NCBI GenBank assembly: GCA_905178155.1
Contig: CAJINV010000009.1
Coordinates: forward strand, 620,001-684,000
Direction: 5' to 3'
Length of the DNA: 64,000 bases
Source of the DNA: Amoebophrya sp. A120
Taxonomy: Eukaryota; Protista; Dinoflagellata
Shown here: positions 50,804 through 63,125 of the stretch, piece by piece
How positions within the stretch are numbered: position 1 is the first letter of the stretch
Layout: each line of letters opens with the position of its first letter
Position numbers and translations under genes: made by a program
The notes under the pieces: model-generated
Told to the model about the DNA's origin: nothing
Database searches by the model: none
What the model saw: only the letters and a program-made list of their open reading frames with translations

Positions 50804-51899
50804 TGAGCAGTGCGGTTGGATTTTCTTCTTTTGCTGGTCTTCAGCAACACGGAGCGCGAGCTTTCGCGTTTTTTGTATCACACGAAATCTGAACAATGAC
50901 CCAAGAAGTACTTATTAGTATTCATTTCATGACGTACACGTCTACAATGAAGCAGCGTCGCGTGCGTGGTACCTTACTTTAAGAGCCGTGCACTATCAAG
51001 AGCTCCATTCCCTCCAAATATCGTGTTCCTTCATTTCCCCGAATTGGAGAGCTAAGTAAGGAGCTTTAAGTTGTATCTTCAACAAGACGACTCATTGCAA
51101 TCAGGGAGACATGGGCTGCGCTGCTGCATCATGAGCGCTTTCAGTTCTGAAGGGATGTGGCGGTGTAGGAAGGAAATTAGATGAAGAGCGAAGCAGAGTG
51201 AACGTTGAACGAGGAGCAGTTGCGATAGAGCCGCTGTTTCAGACCCTAAGCGATTTACAATTTTGTTTTTCTAGGAACGAAGAGGGAACAATAAGGATCG
51301 TGTATATATGTGCTTCAGCTTTTCCAGATGAAGTACAAGGAGGTTCAAATTCGTTTATCGAGAAGGTAATATCAGCAGTCCAGTAAAAGCAGCTGATCTA
51401 CCTGAGTCTTGACGTTTTGGTGCTATGTAAGAAAGTATCTATGCGTGTCTGGTGCTCGGTGTGATGTTTGTTTTCCGTCCCTGTTCACTGTGTCGTGTCG
51501 TGCTGGTGCTTGCTTGACGGCGCGAAGCGGTAGTGGCGGAAGTGCGAGCGTTTCCTTCTCCTCGCCCTGGCCTAGCTTAGGTGGTCGCACATGGAATTGG
51601 GGAACGATGTCGCTGCGGTGTGGTGGAAAGCTGCGTCGAAGCATTCTGGGGGGCTGGTGAAGACAATGCTTTCCACGAGCGGAATTATGTTCGGTCGTGT
51701 GCGGCTCCGGGCTTTTTGTTTGCTCGCGTGGTCTTCTTGACGACGGGATGCAGCAGCAGCACTGATTTTGGACGTCAGCGGAGTGAGACATTGTCAAAGC
51801 AGGCCGCCCTGTTCTTGTGCAGTTCCGGTGGCCCAAAAATCACAAAACGACGCTGCTGCAGCTGCCCCTTTGAAGTAAGAAGCAGGCCGCCTGCCCAAT

Positions 51900-54800
51900 A
51901 TGCTGCGAACGACGAAGACGAACGGGAACGGCAGCAGCTCATCTTCCTCCACGCAAAACAACAACCCGAATCCTCACATGAAAGCTTCCCCAGCCATGTC
52001 GGCTGCAAGTGCGAAAAGCAGCAACGAATCCCTGAGCGTGCTGGGACTGAAACTCGGCGGAGGGGGGAACAACAAACGTAAGTCTCGAAGTAAGCAGCGA
52101 GGCTCCTCGGGTGGATCTCTCAGTACTGGCGACCACGCCACAGACAAAATAACGGGCTCGATGCAGAGTGGGGTAAAGTCCACCGCCGTGAGTGGACACG
52201 CGAATACCAGTGCGAAATCGAGCCAAGAAAAGGAGTCTCAGTCGCTGATCCAGATGTTTCAGGGCTTCAAATTTGCCGACCCCAACGCGGGCCGAAAAGA
52301 TTCCTACTACATTGAGTGCGTGACGAACCAACCAGATAGTTCCAACGTGCGACACAAGAACTACGTCCGCACGGCCCGCTATAACGCTTTGACCTTTCCC
52401 TTCGTGACGCTTTGGGAACAATTCCACAACTTCGCGAACTGCTACTTTATCGTCACCGCCGTTCTGCAGATGATCGAGCCGATTTCCGATTCGGACGGAC
52501 AGCCAACCATCCTCGTCGGCCTGATGCCGGTCCTCGCGGCGGTTGCAGTTCGCGAGTGGTTGGAAGACCGAGCGCGGAAACGCAACGACTACCGCGAGAA
52601 CCACCAGCTGGTGGATCGGTACACCCAAGACGGCGACATCGTCGAGACCGAGTGGCAGGACCTGTCGGTGGGCGACGTCATCCGCGTGAAAAAGGGGCAG
52701 CAGTTTCCCGCGGATTTGCTGCTCCTCGCATCGTCCGACAAGGACCGCGAGCAGGTGTTTGTCGAAACGAAAAATCTGGACGGGGAGACCAATTTGAAAA
52801 CGAAGGTGTGTCTCCCCCAGATCTCCTCCAAAAAGTGCCTCAACGGGAAGGACGACGCGAAATCGATCGCGAAACTGCGGCTCCGAATCAAAGTGGAGCC
52901 TCCCTGCACGGCGCTGTATTCGCTGAACGGGCAGATCTTTGTCCAAGACGAGGTCGTGCCGCTCTCCGCGGACCAGCTGCTGCTGAAAGGGTCGTCTTTG
53001 CAGTCTGACTACGCCATCGGGTGCGTGATCTACTGTGGACACTTCACCCGGCTGCTGTTCAACGCGTCGAACGTCTCCCAGTACAAGCTCGGCATCATCC
53101 AGCGGTGGTTCAACCGGCACGTGATCCAGATCTCCGTGATGCAGGTGCTGTTCAGCATTTTCGTGGCCAGCGCGGAAATAACCGTGTCCGCGAGCTCCTG
53201 GCCGTGGTACGCGGACGAGGATGTGGTGACCGATTTTTTGACCGGCTTTGGCCGCTGGTGGGTGATCTTCGGCCGGCAGACGTTGATGCTGACCTTCTTT
53301 GTCCCCATTTCCGTGATCATCACCGTGGAGATCGTCCGCGTCGTGGTGGCCTGGTTCATGGCCCGCGACGAGGAGCTGATGGGGGACCAGGAAAATCTGG
53401 AAGACGGGGCGAAGGCGCAGTCCACGTCGGTGCTGGAGGACCTGGGCTCGGTGTCGCACATCTTCAGCGACAAGACAGGGACGCTGACGGAGAATTTGAT
53501 GCTCTTTTCCTGCATCGGCCTGCCCAACGACATCCGGGACGGTGCGTGGTACAACAACCCGGCAAATCACGTCGACGCCAAGGAGCGCGCGAGCATTTCC
53601 GAGGGGGACATCAAGCGCATGCTGGGCGTGAACCAATTCGAAGAGAAAGCGACGCAAGGGCAGCTACCACCTTACATGGACACTTATTTCCCGATCAAAC
53701 GCGTGGAGCGCCTCTTCATGGGCGGCGACCAGGACCGCGAGGAAGTGCCACCGCAGTCGCCCGCCGCGAAAGCGAAATTCGCGCTCGCCGCGCTGAAGAA
53801 CAAGACGCAGGCGGCAGTGTTTGGCGGGGTAAGTGCCGCAACTGCCGTGACAAACGGAGAGGAAACCGCTGCTCGCGCAACCGGTCCTGTATCGAGGGTC
53901 GAGGGCGATAGAGGAGAAGAAGGCGCAGCGGAAGAACCCGAGAGGACGGGCTCTTTCTTCCGCCTCACCTCGGGAAGCCTTATGTCTTGGAGTAGTAGCG
54001 ACAAGAAGAGCGACGCTCTCGAAAAAGTGGAGACGAAAGCCGAGCTCTCGCCAGCAGCGGATAGTGTGGAGGGAGTGGGCAATCCCGGAGAAAACAGGGA
54101 CTTCGATGATCAAGCCGTGCGGATGGTACTTACATCGGAACAGCGCAGCGGCCTTGCTTGAAATTTCATTTTTGTCTTTTCCATCCTTGTTCTCGTGAGC
54201 CCTGAGCTGTTGACGTGGTTCGTATCTCGATGCTTTCTATCTATCAAAATAACCACAAGTGTAAATAAGTCCTTCGCTACCACGTCGAGCAGTTCTACAT
54301 CTACTACTTGTGGTTTTTAGTCCGCTATTAAACAAACATGACACCTAGATGTTCTATTACGTGTTGAACCTGGCCCTCTGCCACACGGTTATTCTGCAGA
54401 AGCAGGACACGGGCGAGGAGAAGTTCGAGGCGTCTTCGCCCGACGAGCTGGCGCTGATTGCCGCCGCCCAGGCCTTTGGCTTCCGGTTTTTGGGTCGGCC
54501 CAACGCGGACACGATTCGGATCGGATTTTCCACCAAATTTGCCCGGTGGCTGTGGCCCTACGAGTTCGACGAGGAGAAGCACCGCGAGCTGTTTCACGAG
54601 TCCCGCGAGGACTTGGACGAGATCATGAAGGAGTCCAGCAGCTCCTCTGACGGACCCAGCTATTTCTTGGACTTTGAAGTGCTAGACGTGTTGGAGTTTG
54701 ACAACGTGCGGAAGCGCATGTCCGTCGTCATCCGCATGCCGGCTGATCTCGTTCCAAAGGCGAACTTCTTGTTCGGCCCGACGGCCAAAAGCGCGACGCT

Positions 54801-57800
54801 AAACTCCAACCCGACGACGTCGACGTCGCAGCAGCACGGGGTCTTGACCAGGAGTAGCAGTAGAGGTGGGATAAAATCCACTAGCACGGTCAGTGCAGGT
54901 GGCGCGGCGACAGTGTCTGTCCCTGATGGCCCCGATGGAGGTGGAGCTGCAACTGGGACCACGACAACCCAACATCAGGCACACGCGTTTGACCAGTTCC
55001 GCAACGAAAGAACGATTTTGTTGACCAAGGGAGCAGACAACTCCATGCTGTCTGTTGGTTCGTTGGAGCAGCCATTCGACGAACGCCAGTGGTTGGACGA
55101 CCACATCTTGGACTTCGCGAAGAAGGGGCTGCGGACGCTGCTGCTCGGCTACCGCTGGCTCTCCACCACCAAGCAAGCCACCTGGTCGGAGAGGTACAGC
55201 CAGTTGCGGGGCAGTATTGACCTGTCCGAAGACGATAAGAAGCAGCAAACCCTGGATATGATCAACGAGATGGAACAAAACCTAAACCTATCCACAGAAA
55301 AAAACCCATCCACATCCAATTTGTCATGCAAAACATACATAAAATTCTGTGTCTGTCATGCAAAAAATGGATGTGGATCGGTTTTTTTCTGTGGATAAAA
55401 CCTCGTCGGCTGCACGGGCGTGGAGGACAAGCTGCAGGACCAAGTGCCGGAAACCATCGCGCAGCTGCAGGCCGCCGGGATCAAGTTCTGGGTGCTGACC
55501 GGAGACAAGGTCGAAACCGCGATCCAGATTGGCCAAGCGTGCAACCTGCTGAACGAAGGGACGTACAATCTCGTTTTGACAACTCCCGACGCGAGCGACG
55601 TCGAGGAACGGCTGAAGGAGTTCCAAATCTGGCTCGACGCTGCCGAAATCTTGCAGTTCGCAATTCAGCTATCACCCTTATTGACGTAGGGATGAAATCG
55701 GTTCTTCCTCTTTCTCTTGCATTTTGAAATGCATCAAAACACTATGGCTATGCATCTGCGTGCGCTGCTGAGGAGACAGCTGTCGTTCCACTTGCCAGAT
55801 GACGCGATGGAACAATAGCTACTTACTTCTAGTGCAAGAATCCTGGCATACGAATCACAAGAGCAGGACAAAGATATGTATGCGAGGATATTAGATCGCA
55901 ATATCAATATGTGATGTGAAGATGTGCGCGGCCTTCAACATCGATATTGTTCTTAAAACACAGTATGACGGTGAAGGTTCCGACTTCATCAGATTTTTGA
56001 CGCGATACTGTTCAGGCGAGGAAGACTTGGTTTGGTCCGACGACGAGATCACCCAATCCGAGGAAAGTGAAAGCCACTCGCAGTATGAAAATACATACGG
56101 CCAGCAGATGCCCTCGTTGGTCCTGAATCAAGCCGACACGAACTCGCCAGCAACATCTTCAGTCGCAATCGGAGGCGCGACGTTCCAGCAACAGCCAGAG
56201 GTACCACTCCTCGGCCCATCAGGAGATGACAGCGGCTATACAGCAGGACGCTCTTTCGCGCCTGGGTCGATAGCGTCCACCTCTTCGACAGCAGTGGCGC
56301 AGCAGCGGGCGCGGCAAACCGGACTGGAAGGCGTGCAGGTCGGCGACGTGGTACTTGCCCCGTATGATCCGAGTGGACCACGGAACACTGCTGCGAGCTC
56401 CGGGCCCGGAGGTACAACCACGGGTGCTGCCACAGGCAGGAGGAAAAGCAGCGCTCACCACCACGAGCATCACCACCATCACCATCACCACGCCACGACA
56501 AAACACATGGTGCGTGCGGAGGACCTGTCGCGGGTGGTGCAGGCGCAAACGGTCGCAGTTGGCACCCAGCCGAGCAGCTCTTCGACCTCGCCACCTCCCG
56601 TAGCACACCAGCATAGCTATCAGCATGAACTTCAAGTAGTGGATCACCCGTTTCCCGCGGTGACGCCGCGCCGGGGCGTTGACCGAGGAACATTTCAGTC
56701 CAGCACCAATTCCAGCGCTGCAGTAGGCAACATAGTGGTCCAAACGCCAACGCGAGCAGGTGGCCCTTCGTTGCCGCACGCCAACTCGCGCGACAAACTC
56801 ATCGCGCGACACATCAGCCGAGCCATTTCGGGTGACAGGCTGATGCAAGACATAGACATGCCGCCCGGGGGGGATCACTACAGTACGACGCGGGCGGATC
56901 CACAAGCGCTTCCCTCGGTCCGCCTTGACTACGACGAGACCACGGCACCGTCGCAGACGCCCGGCCGGCCCACGCGGGCGAGCCACACGCTTCCCACGGA
57001 ATCGGCGTCCAGTCGGTGGTCCCGGACGCTGCGCGCGTTGCGTGGCAGTGCCTCTGGCGTGGATGACACGCCACTGAACCAGATGAAAAAGGAAGAAGGC
57101 CGCTTCTTTCTGTCGAAGCGAAAGAAGCAGATGATAAGGGAGGGTATCCGGAAGCGCTACCAGCAGATCCAGGACCGGCTGGTGACGTTCTCCAGTGCGG
57201 GTCTCGGCGTAACTGGTTCGTCGAACAATCGCGACACCGCCGCATCGTCGTCGTCAAGCCAGCAGCTTCAGCCAAGCAGGATCTCCGCTCTTGGGCAGAC
57301 GCCGCCAACTCCGGCGACAGGTTCGCGAACGACACTGCAACCGCCAGCACAGCTGCACCAGAGTGGAATCAGCGCTTCGCAGCCGATCTCCACGCTTCAC
57401 AGCACGCCACCGCACGGCAGGAGTACAGGCTGCGCGGCAACTTCCAGGTCCGGACAAAAGCCACACCTTCAGCTTCGCGCCGCCGGGGACCAGACGAGTG
57501 TGAATTTCGAAATAGATCCAGGTGACCTACCTCTATCGCAAAACTACGGTGGACTTGAAACACCGACCGCGGCAAGCCGCCGAACGCAGGCTCGCCAGTC
57601 GTTCAAGCTGCCTACCTCTCCGTCACGGCCTGGCGACTTGATGACGGGCCCGGGCGGTGCGCCGCCCTATTCTAGCGCCATGATTCACCGCGTGATCGAC
57701 CCTAGTTCTGGCGAGATAATTGCGACCACCGCCCGTAGCCGCGAGGCTTCTCTCTTTGATACGACGAGCCAAGCGGAACGAATCACGCGCAGAAGGCAGA

Positions 57801-59702
57801 TGGATCGTGGACGCAGCCGCACCTCGATGCAAAAGAGCACCTCGGGAAGTCGTGTCTTTCAACATCACACAAGCACTTTAAGCCGACAAACGCAACAAGA
57901 CGACGGCGCTCCCGGGGGCCAGGTACTTTTACCAGAACAGCAAGAAGAAAACTTGCTCCAGGTCTTCAGAAGCTGCGCCATCACTATCACGGGCGACGTT
58001 CTGGCAGTTATCCTGCAGTCCCGCAAGCTCCGGCGCTTCTTTTTCCGTATTGCGCTGCAGAATTGCAGCGTGATCATTGCTTGCCGCGTGTCACCCATTC
58101 AAAAAGCGGACATTGTCGCGTTGTCCCGCCGTTACCGCCAGTCCGACCACAACGCCATGCTCGCGATCGGCGACGGGGCGAACGACGTGGGCATGATCTT
58201 GCGCGCGCACGTCGGCGTCGGGATCTCGGGGAAGGAGGGCGCCGCCGCCGCGAAGAGCGCAGACTTCGCGATTTCCCAGTTTAAGCACCTGAAGAAACTG
58301 TGTTTCGTTTACGGCCGGGAATCTATGCGGCGTAATGCGCTCTTCGTCTACTACTCGCTTTACAAAAACGTCGCGTTTTCCATGCCGTCCGTGTTTTTCT
58401 CGATGGTGAGCCGTTTCTCCGCGCTGGACCTGTATGACCCATGGGTGAAATATCCAGGAAAAAACACCCATCCACATCCAATTTGTCATGCAAAACATAC
58501 ATAAAGTTCTGTGTTTGTCATGCAAAAAATGGATGTCGGTGGGTTTTTTTCTGTGGATATGAAACAGATTTTCAACACAGTGTTCACCTTTCTGCCCATC
58601 GTCCTGTACACCATTTTTGACCGCGAACTGCCCTACTACTACCTCCTCAACGGGCCCCCGCTGTACCGGCCCCTCCGATTCGGTGTCCCCTCCACCGGCA
58701 CCGTGGCTTTCTGGTACTGGTTCTGGCAGGGCTGCTGGTGCGCGTTCATCTGTGCGGTCTTGCCCATGTGGCTCTTCGACGAGGCGCCGGAGCTCGCGGG
58801 AACGCCAGCGGGCTACCACGTCGGAACGTTGGTTTTCACGTCCGTGATCTGCTCCGTCACTGCGATCCTCCCCATCCACCACAACATCTACTTCTACTTC
58901 ACGATCCCCGGCCTCGCGATGGGGCTGCTCACCTTCCTGTGGGTCTGGATTCTCGTTTCCGAGACGCAGATGATCGGGTACCGAAGTACCATGTACCGGA
59001 CCTACTACCTGCTGACCTGGACCGTCGGATCGCAGTTTTTCCTGATTCTCATCGTCACCACGCTCTTCGCGGTTCTGCCACACTACATCTACTTGCTGCG
59101 GGGCGTGTTCTTCCCGGACGGAGTGCGAATCGTGAAGGAGAGGATAAAACTCCGGGTACACGACGTGCTCTTGCTCCCGGACGCCACGAACGCCAACACT
59201 GGGCCGGTGATCGTGCCGCACAAGCGCCAGATCCGCTTCGAAGATTTGTACGAGCCGGAGGTGAAAAGCAGGCAGCTAGGGGCGGGTGCGCAACAGCCTT
59301 TGCTGACGGCGGAGACGAAGAATGCAGTATAGATGTGTGCGTGAAGTAGTTGTTCCTGAAATTAGAGAACCAATTTCAAAGATTAGTTTGTGGAGGCAAA
59401 ATAGAACATCGACAGACGAACGCGCATCAATGAACGGGGACCCGACCAGTTTCTATCTCATTTCAAAACAGGACTCCGTCGCGGCCCCAGGTGGCGATAA
59501 TCAGCCGCCGGGTGGTGCTAGTGGTGCTATCAATGGCGTACTCACGAGTTTCCTCCCGAATAAGTGGCTCCGAAGTCAAAGTCAAGCAGGAGCAGAGGGA
59601 CAGCAAAGCGAACCTGTAGTAGGCGCTGGTCGAGATGAGGCGGTCGCCGAATTTGACAGCGCTACAAGCTCCGGAGAGAGTCCTTTTGTAGCTGTCAGCT
59701 GA
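51900..59702 (+). CDS. P4-type ATPase (phospholipid flippase)
   Basis: [72 protein letters not shown]. Introns ~54126-54348, 55289-55402, ~55657-55963, 58451-58564, ~59327-59471. Confidence 0.95.
55289..55397 (+). mobile_element. TIR introner family A (109 bp)
   Basis: tatccacagaaaaaaacc...ggtttttttctgtggata; DR aaacc (55284-88 / 55398-402). Removing 114 nt restores [14 protein letters not shown]. Confidence 0.95.
58451..58559 (+). mobile_element. TIR introner family A (109 bp)
   Basis: tatccaggaaaaaacaccc...gggtttttttctgtggata; DR tgaaa (58446-50 / 58560-64). Removing 114 nt restores [19 protein letters not shown]. Confidence 0.95.
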
Positions 59703-61078
59703 GGTTTGCGTTTTGGTCCTCGCCAGAGGATTTTTTCCACCATGTTGCTGTGAAAAGTGGCGCTTTTCGACGTGCTGTTTTGCAAGGTCGTAGTGATACT
59801 GCGCATGCAAGCAGATAGCTTGCGGCGCAGCCTCCAACTCCAAGAACATGGGTCTCGCATATTTTGGTTGCGCTTTCAACTTGCGAGGGAAATGGAATTC
59901 AACTTCTTCCGCTAAGAAGATTGACTACGTTTGCAACTTCTCTGAATTTGCTTGGTTCTGACACTGAATACTTCCATTGATTAGATAAGTTTGATTTTGA
60001 TGGCTGACTGCGCGACTGGGAAGCTCTATGAGCTACGAGGGCGCACCAGTCGCAGACACTTCATCACCGTTTAGATTCTACACTAAGTATCACGACACCG
60101 AAAGGTGCAGGCACTTTATTGATTTTGGTAAGGCTCCTCCGCCGGATACGCAATGGCGCATTGCTGAGTGATTTCTCTACATTTACCAGACTGGGATTCT
60201 TGCTTTCAGCTTCGAACTGAAGGCGTCCATTGGCGACCATGATTTCTTTCCGGATCATCTTCCAGTGTGGCAGCTGTCACGCGATTGGATGTTGGTCGAA
60301 GATTAAGATTCGACGGGTCGACGCATATAAAGCAGAAGATATGAAGATCAGACAGCAGTTTGAGTGGTATCCGGCTTGCCCGCTGCGCTCTTTGGAGCAT
60401 CGTTGCTTTCTCAGGCGTTCAACGGGTTGGCAAAGGTTCGCGTGTGTGGTCTCCCAGAAGCGTTCGGATTCACTTTCTCTTTCACTCGCAGATCGCATTT
60501 GGTCATGTTTAAGAAAAGGAACTGAACAACAGCGTAATAATGAAGAAGCTGGACGTGATAGATCAACATCGCCCGTATGGGGAAACGGCGGTAACAGTTA
60601 AAAGCTGGTGAAGTGCGCAGTCGTCGCAAAGTAGAGGAGGAAGGATGATGAAAAAGAAAAAACAGAAGCTCGGGTTAATTGAGTGCCAGACAGAATCTCG
60701 ATACTACTCATCGACTCCTTCAAATCGTGTCCGTCGTAAGATCCATCGCAGTACTCTGCTCATCGATTTTGCTCGATCGTGCAATCGCTCTTCCCATCGT
60801 TTTTTGTGAGCATGCAACTTTGAATTGCAGAGATGACCGATTCTATGGCAGTTCTAGTTTTTTTTCTACCTTTTTCGAAGGAAGCGTCTTTCAAACACGA
60901 CAAAGGCAACCAGCTTTTGCTAAACAACTGTAGCATCGGGCGCTCGCTTGTCTTCGACCTTTTGTTTTCAGCGTTTGTTGGATCTTCGGAGCCGACGATC
61001 CTGGCACCACTCTTGTGTGTTTCTCGTTTTCCTTTGCATGTTCTTTGCCCCCAGTTGCAGTTTTGCATCCTTCCAAAA

Positions 61079-62184
61079 ATGCCTTTCATCCGCACTATCT
61101 CGAGGTGGTTCTGTAGCAACAGCGGAAATGACACCGGAGGCGCAGCGCTTGTGAATGCAGCAAATGCATCAACAACCGCTCAGAAACCTGACTCGCAGGG
61201 CCCGACCAGCACCGCAGACACCGCTACTGCTGTCGCACTGAACGGAAATCAGCCACCAGAGCCGCAGTGGCCAAGAGGATCTTGCTGCAACGGGGATACT
61301 GGTCGCGACGATGAAAATGAGGACCTGGCTATCGTAGAAGTGAAGACACATCACGGCATGATGTCGACCCTTGATTCGAAATCGAAGGACGGACGAGCTG
61401 GTCGTGACATGGCATCATCGTCGACTTCTGCGCCTTTCCAGAACAACGCCAGTTACAACCGCCATTCCTACGGCGGAACGAACGCTGACGACCTGGAATC
61501 AGATACGACAGAAGCTACTAGAAATGATCTACCGTTTGTTTCCGCGACCAGCAGCCGAAGTACATCCAAGCGGAAACAAAACCCGCTGCCCTCTTGGGAT
61601 TCCCTTGGGCCGCGGGATCGAATGAAGATGCAGCAAACGTTGGATGAGTTGGTGGTGAAGTTTTTAGCGGAGATGAAGAAGGGGAAGGTAATCGAAAGAA
61701 TGTTTCTGGTTTTGATTTAACCTGCCCAAAGCTACACCTGAAGTAAGAGAAAAAAGTAGGTCATCACTTCGATCATGTGCTTAAACTAAAGCAATCATCT
61801 TCATCATCTGGTGTTCTACAGGTGTTAATGAAAGTCGGGCGCAACGGGAAGATGTTTTACCGCTGGTGCTACGTGATGCGGGAAGACGACCGGTTTTTCT
61901 TCGTGATGAACGTCAAGGGCCAGTTAGTGGAGTACCCATTTGAGCACATTCTGCACGTGCGGTTCGGGTTCGATTTTTCGGATTTTTTTCAACTTCCTGT
62001 GGCAATTCCGAGTGAGAATCTGTCCGCGGTGATGATTTTGCGCGACAACCGGAGGCTGAATTTGGTGTTTCAAAATGTGGAAGAACAGGAGGAATTTGTT
62101 ACGTGCATGCTGATGTTGATTGCGAAAGTGAAGGCAACATTGACATCAACGAGCGGGCAAGGACGGGGATTCATCGCGGCATGA
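61079..62184 (+). CDS. PH-fold protein resembling the alveolate IMC sub-compartment protein (ISP) family
   Basis: GT-AG intron 61688-61821 gives LDELVVKFLAEMKKGK-VLMKVGRNGK..YPFEHILHV..LRDNRRLNLVFQNVEEQEEFVTCMLML, a PH-like pattern with C-terminal helix; N-terminal Cys. Family assigned by resemblance only. Confidence 0.55.
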
Positions 62185-63125
62185 ATTATCATACTTACTT
62201 AAATAATGAAGTAGTTGACGCTCCAAAGAAACAACATGACGCAATACGAACTATGAAAACTCCGGCTGTACGGCGCAGGCGCAAGGAAAGCTAAGCGTAG
62301 ACATGTTTCGAAGATGTGGGCGGGGGGGGATGAAGGATGTGGTCTACTGATTGGGGGGGCAGGACCACGTGACCCGCGGACTTTTTCTTAGCGGTTCCGG
62401 GTCACCTTTGTAGTTGTAGTTCACGTCGTTGTCATCACTTGTGTTTGATGAAAGAGAGTGAGAACATGAACAAGCAGCGAGGACCTGCGCACTTACCAAG
62501 GTGCGTCCAATGAGTAAGTAAGTAGCTGCAGAAGTTGTGCTTCTGCCCGTGTTTGACGTCGTCAGTGAGGCCTTACTCAGCGATGCCGCGGCCAGGCCAG
62601 CACCAGGACTCATCCTATCATGTTTTCGTCGGTTATTAAAGTGAAGTTGTTTTCAGTCATATTTATCCCAGCTGCGGTTTTTTAGTGCACGCGCAGCGGT
62701 AGTTTGGAAGTAGCCGGTTTAGTAACGCGATAAAGTCAACTTCTGAGCTTGTCGTCGTGATTATACATATGTCAGCCAGTGTCAGACTCAGGCGCGTCCT
62801 CACAATTATTATTTTGTTGCGTCACGGTTAGCAATGGATTCTAGCACACTGAATTGATCGTGTGAAATAGATTTGCGGTTTGTGTTAGCGCGAGCGACAA
62901 GCACACACGACGAGACTAAGAGGGACGCTGTTGAGATTGTGAGCTGCAAGTCGATCTTTCACGCGAAGACTCGCATCGTTTTAATGTTGAAGCCGTTGAT
63001 GTCTTCCGTATTCTGTCTGAGGAGTTTTTCTGCTTTATCAGCGAAAGAGATCGGCAGCAGGCTTCGTTTTGATTAAAGAAAAAGTCAAGTATCTGTATCA
63101 TTATCACTTGAAGCGGCAGGGAAAA

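Noticed and set aside
51939-53657. Long minus-strand and alternate-frame ORFs (also 3132-4394, 8409-9746, 8636-10222, 58091-59221)
   Set aside because: Shadow ORFs caused by high GC3 codon bias of the overlapping + strand genes; no recognisable domains.
51900-59702. Pseudogene interpretation of the interrupted flippase, Sec14, SWEET and FN3 genes
   Set aside because: Apart from introns and TIR elements the frames and catalytic motifs are intact with strong codon bias; splicing is the more parsimonious reading, though unproven without RNA data.
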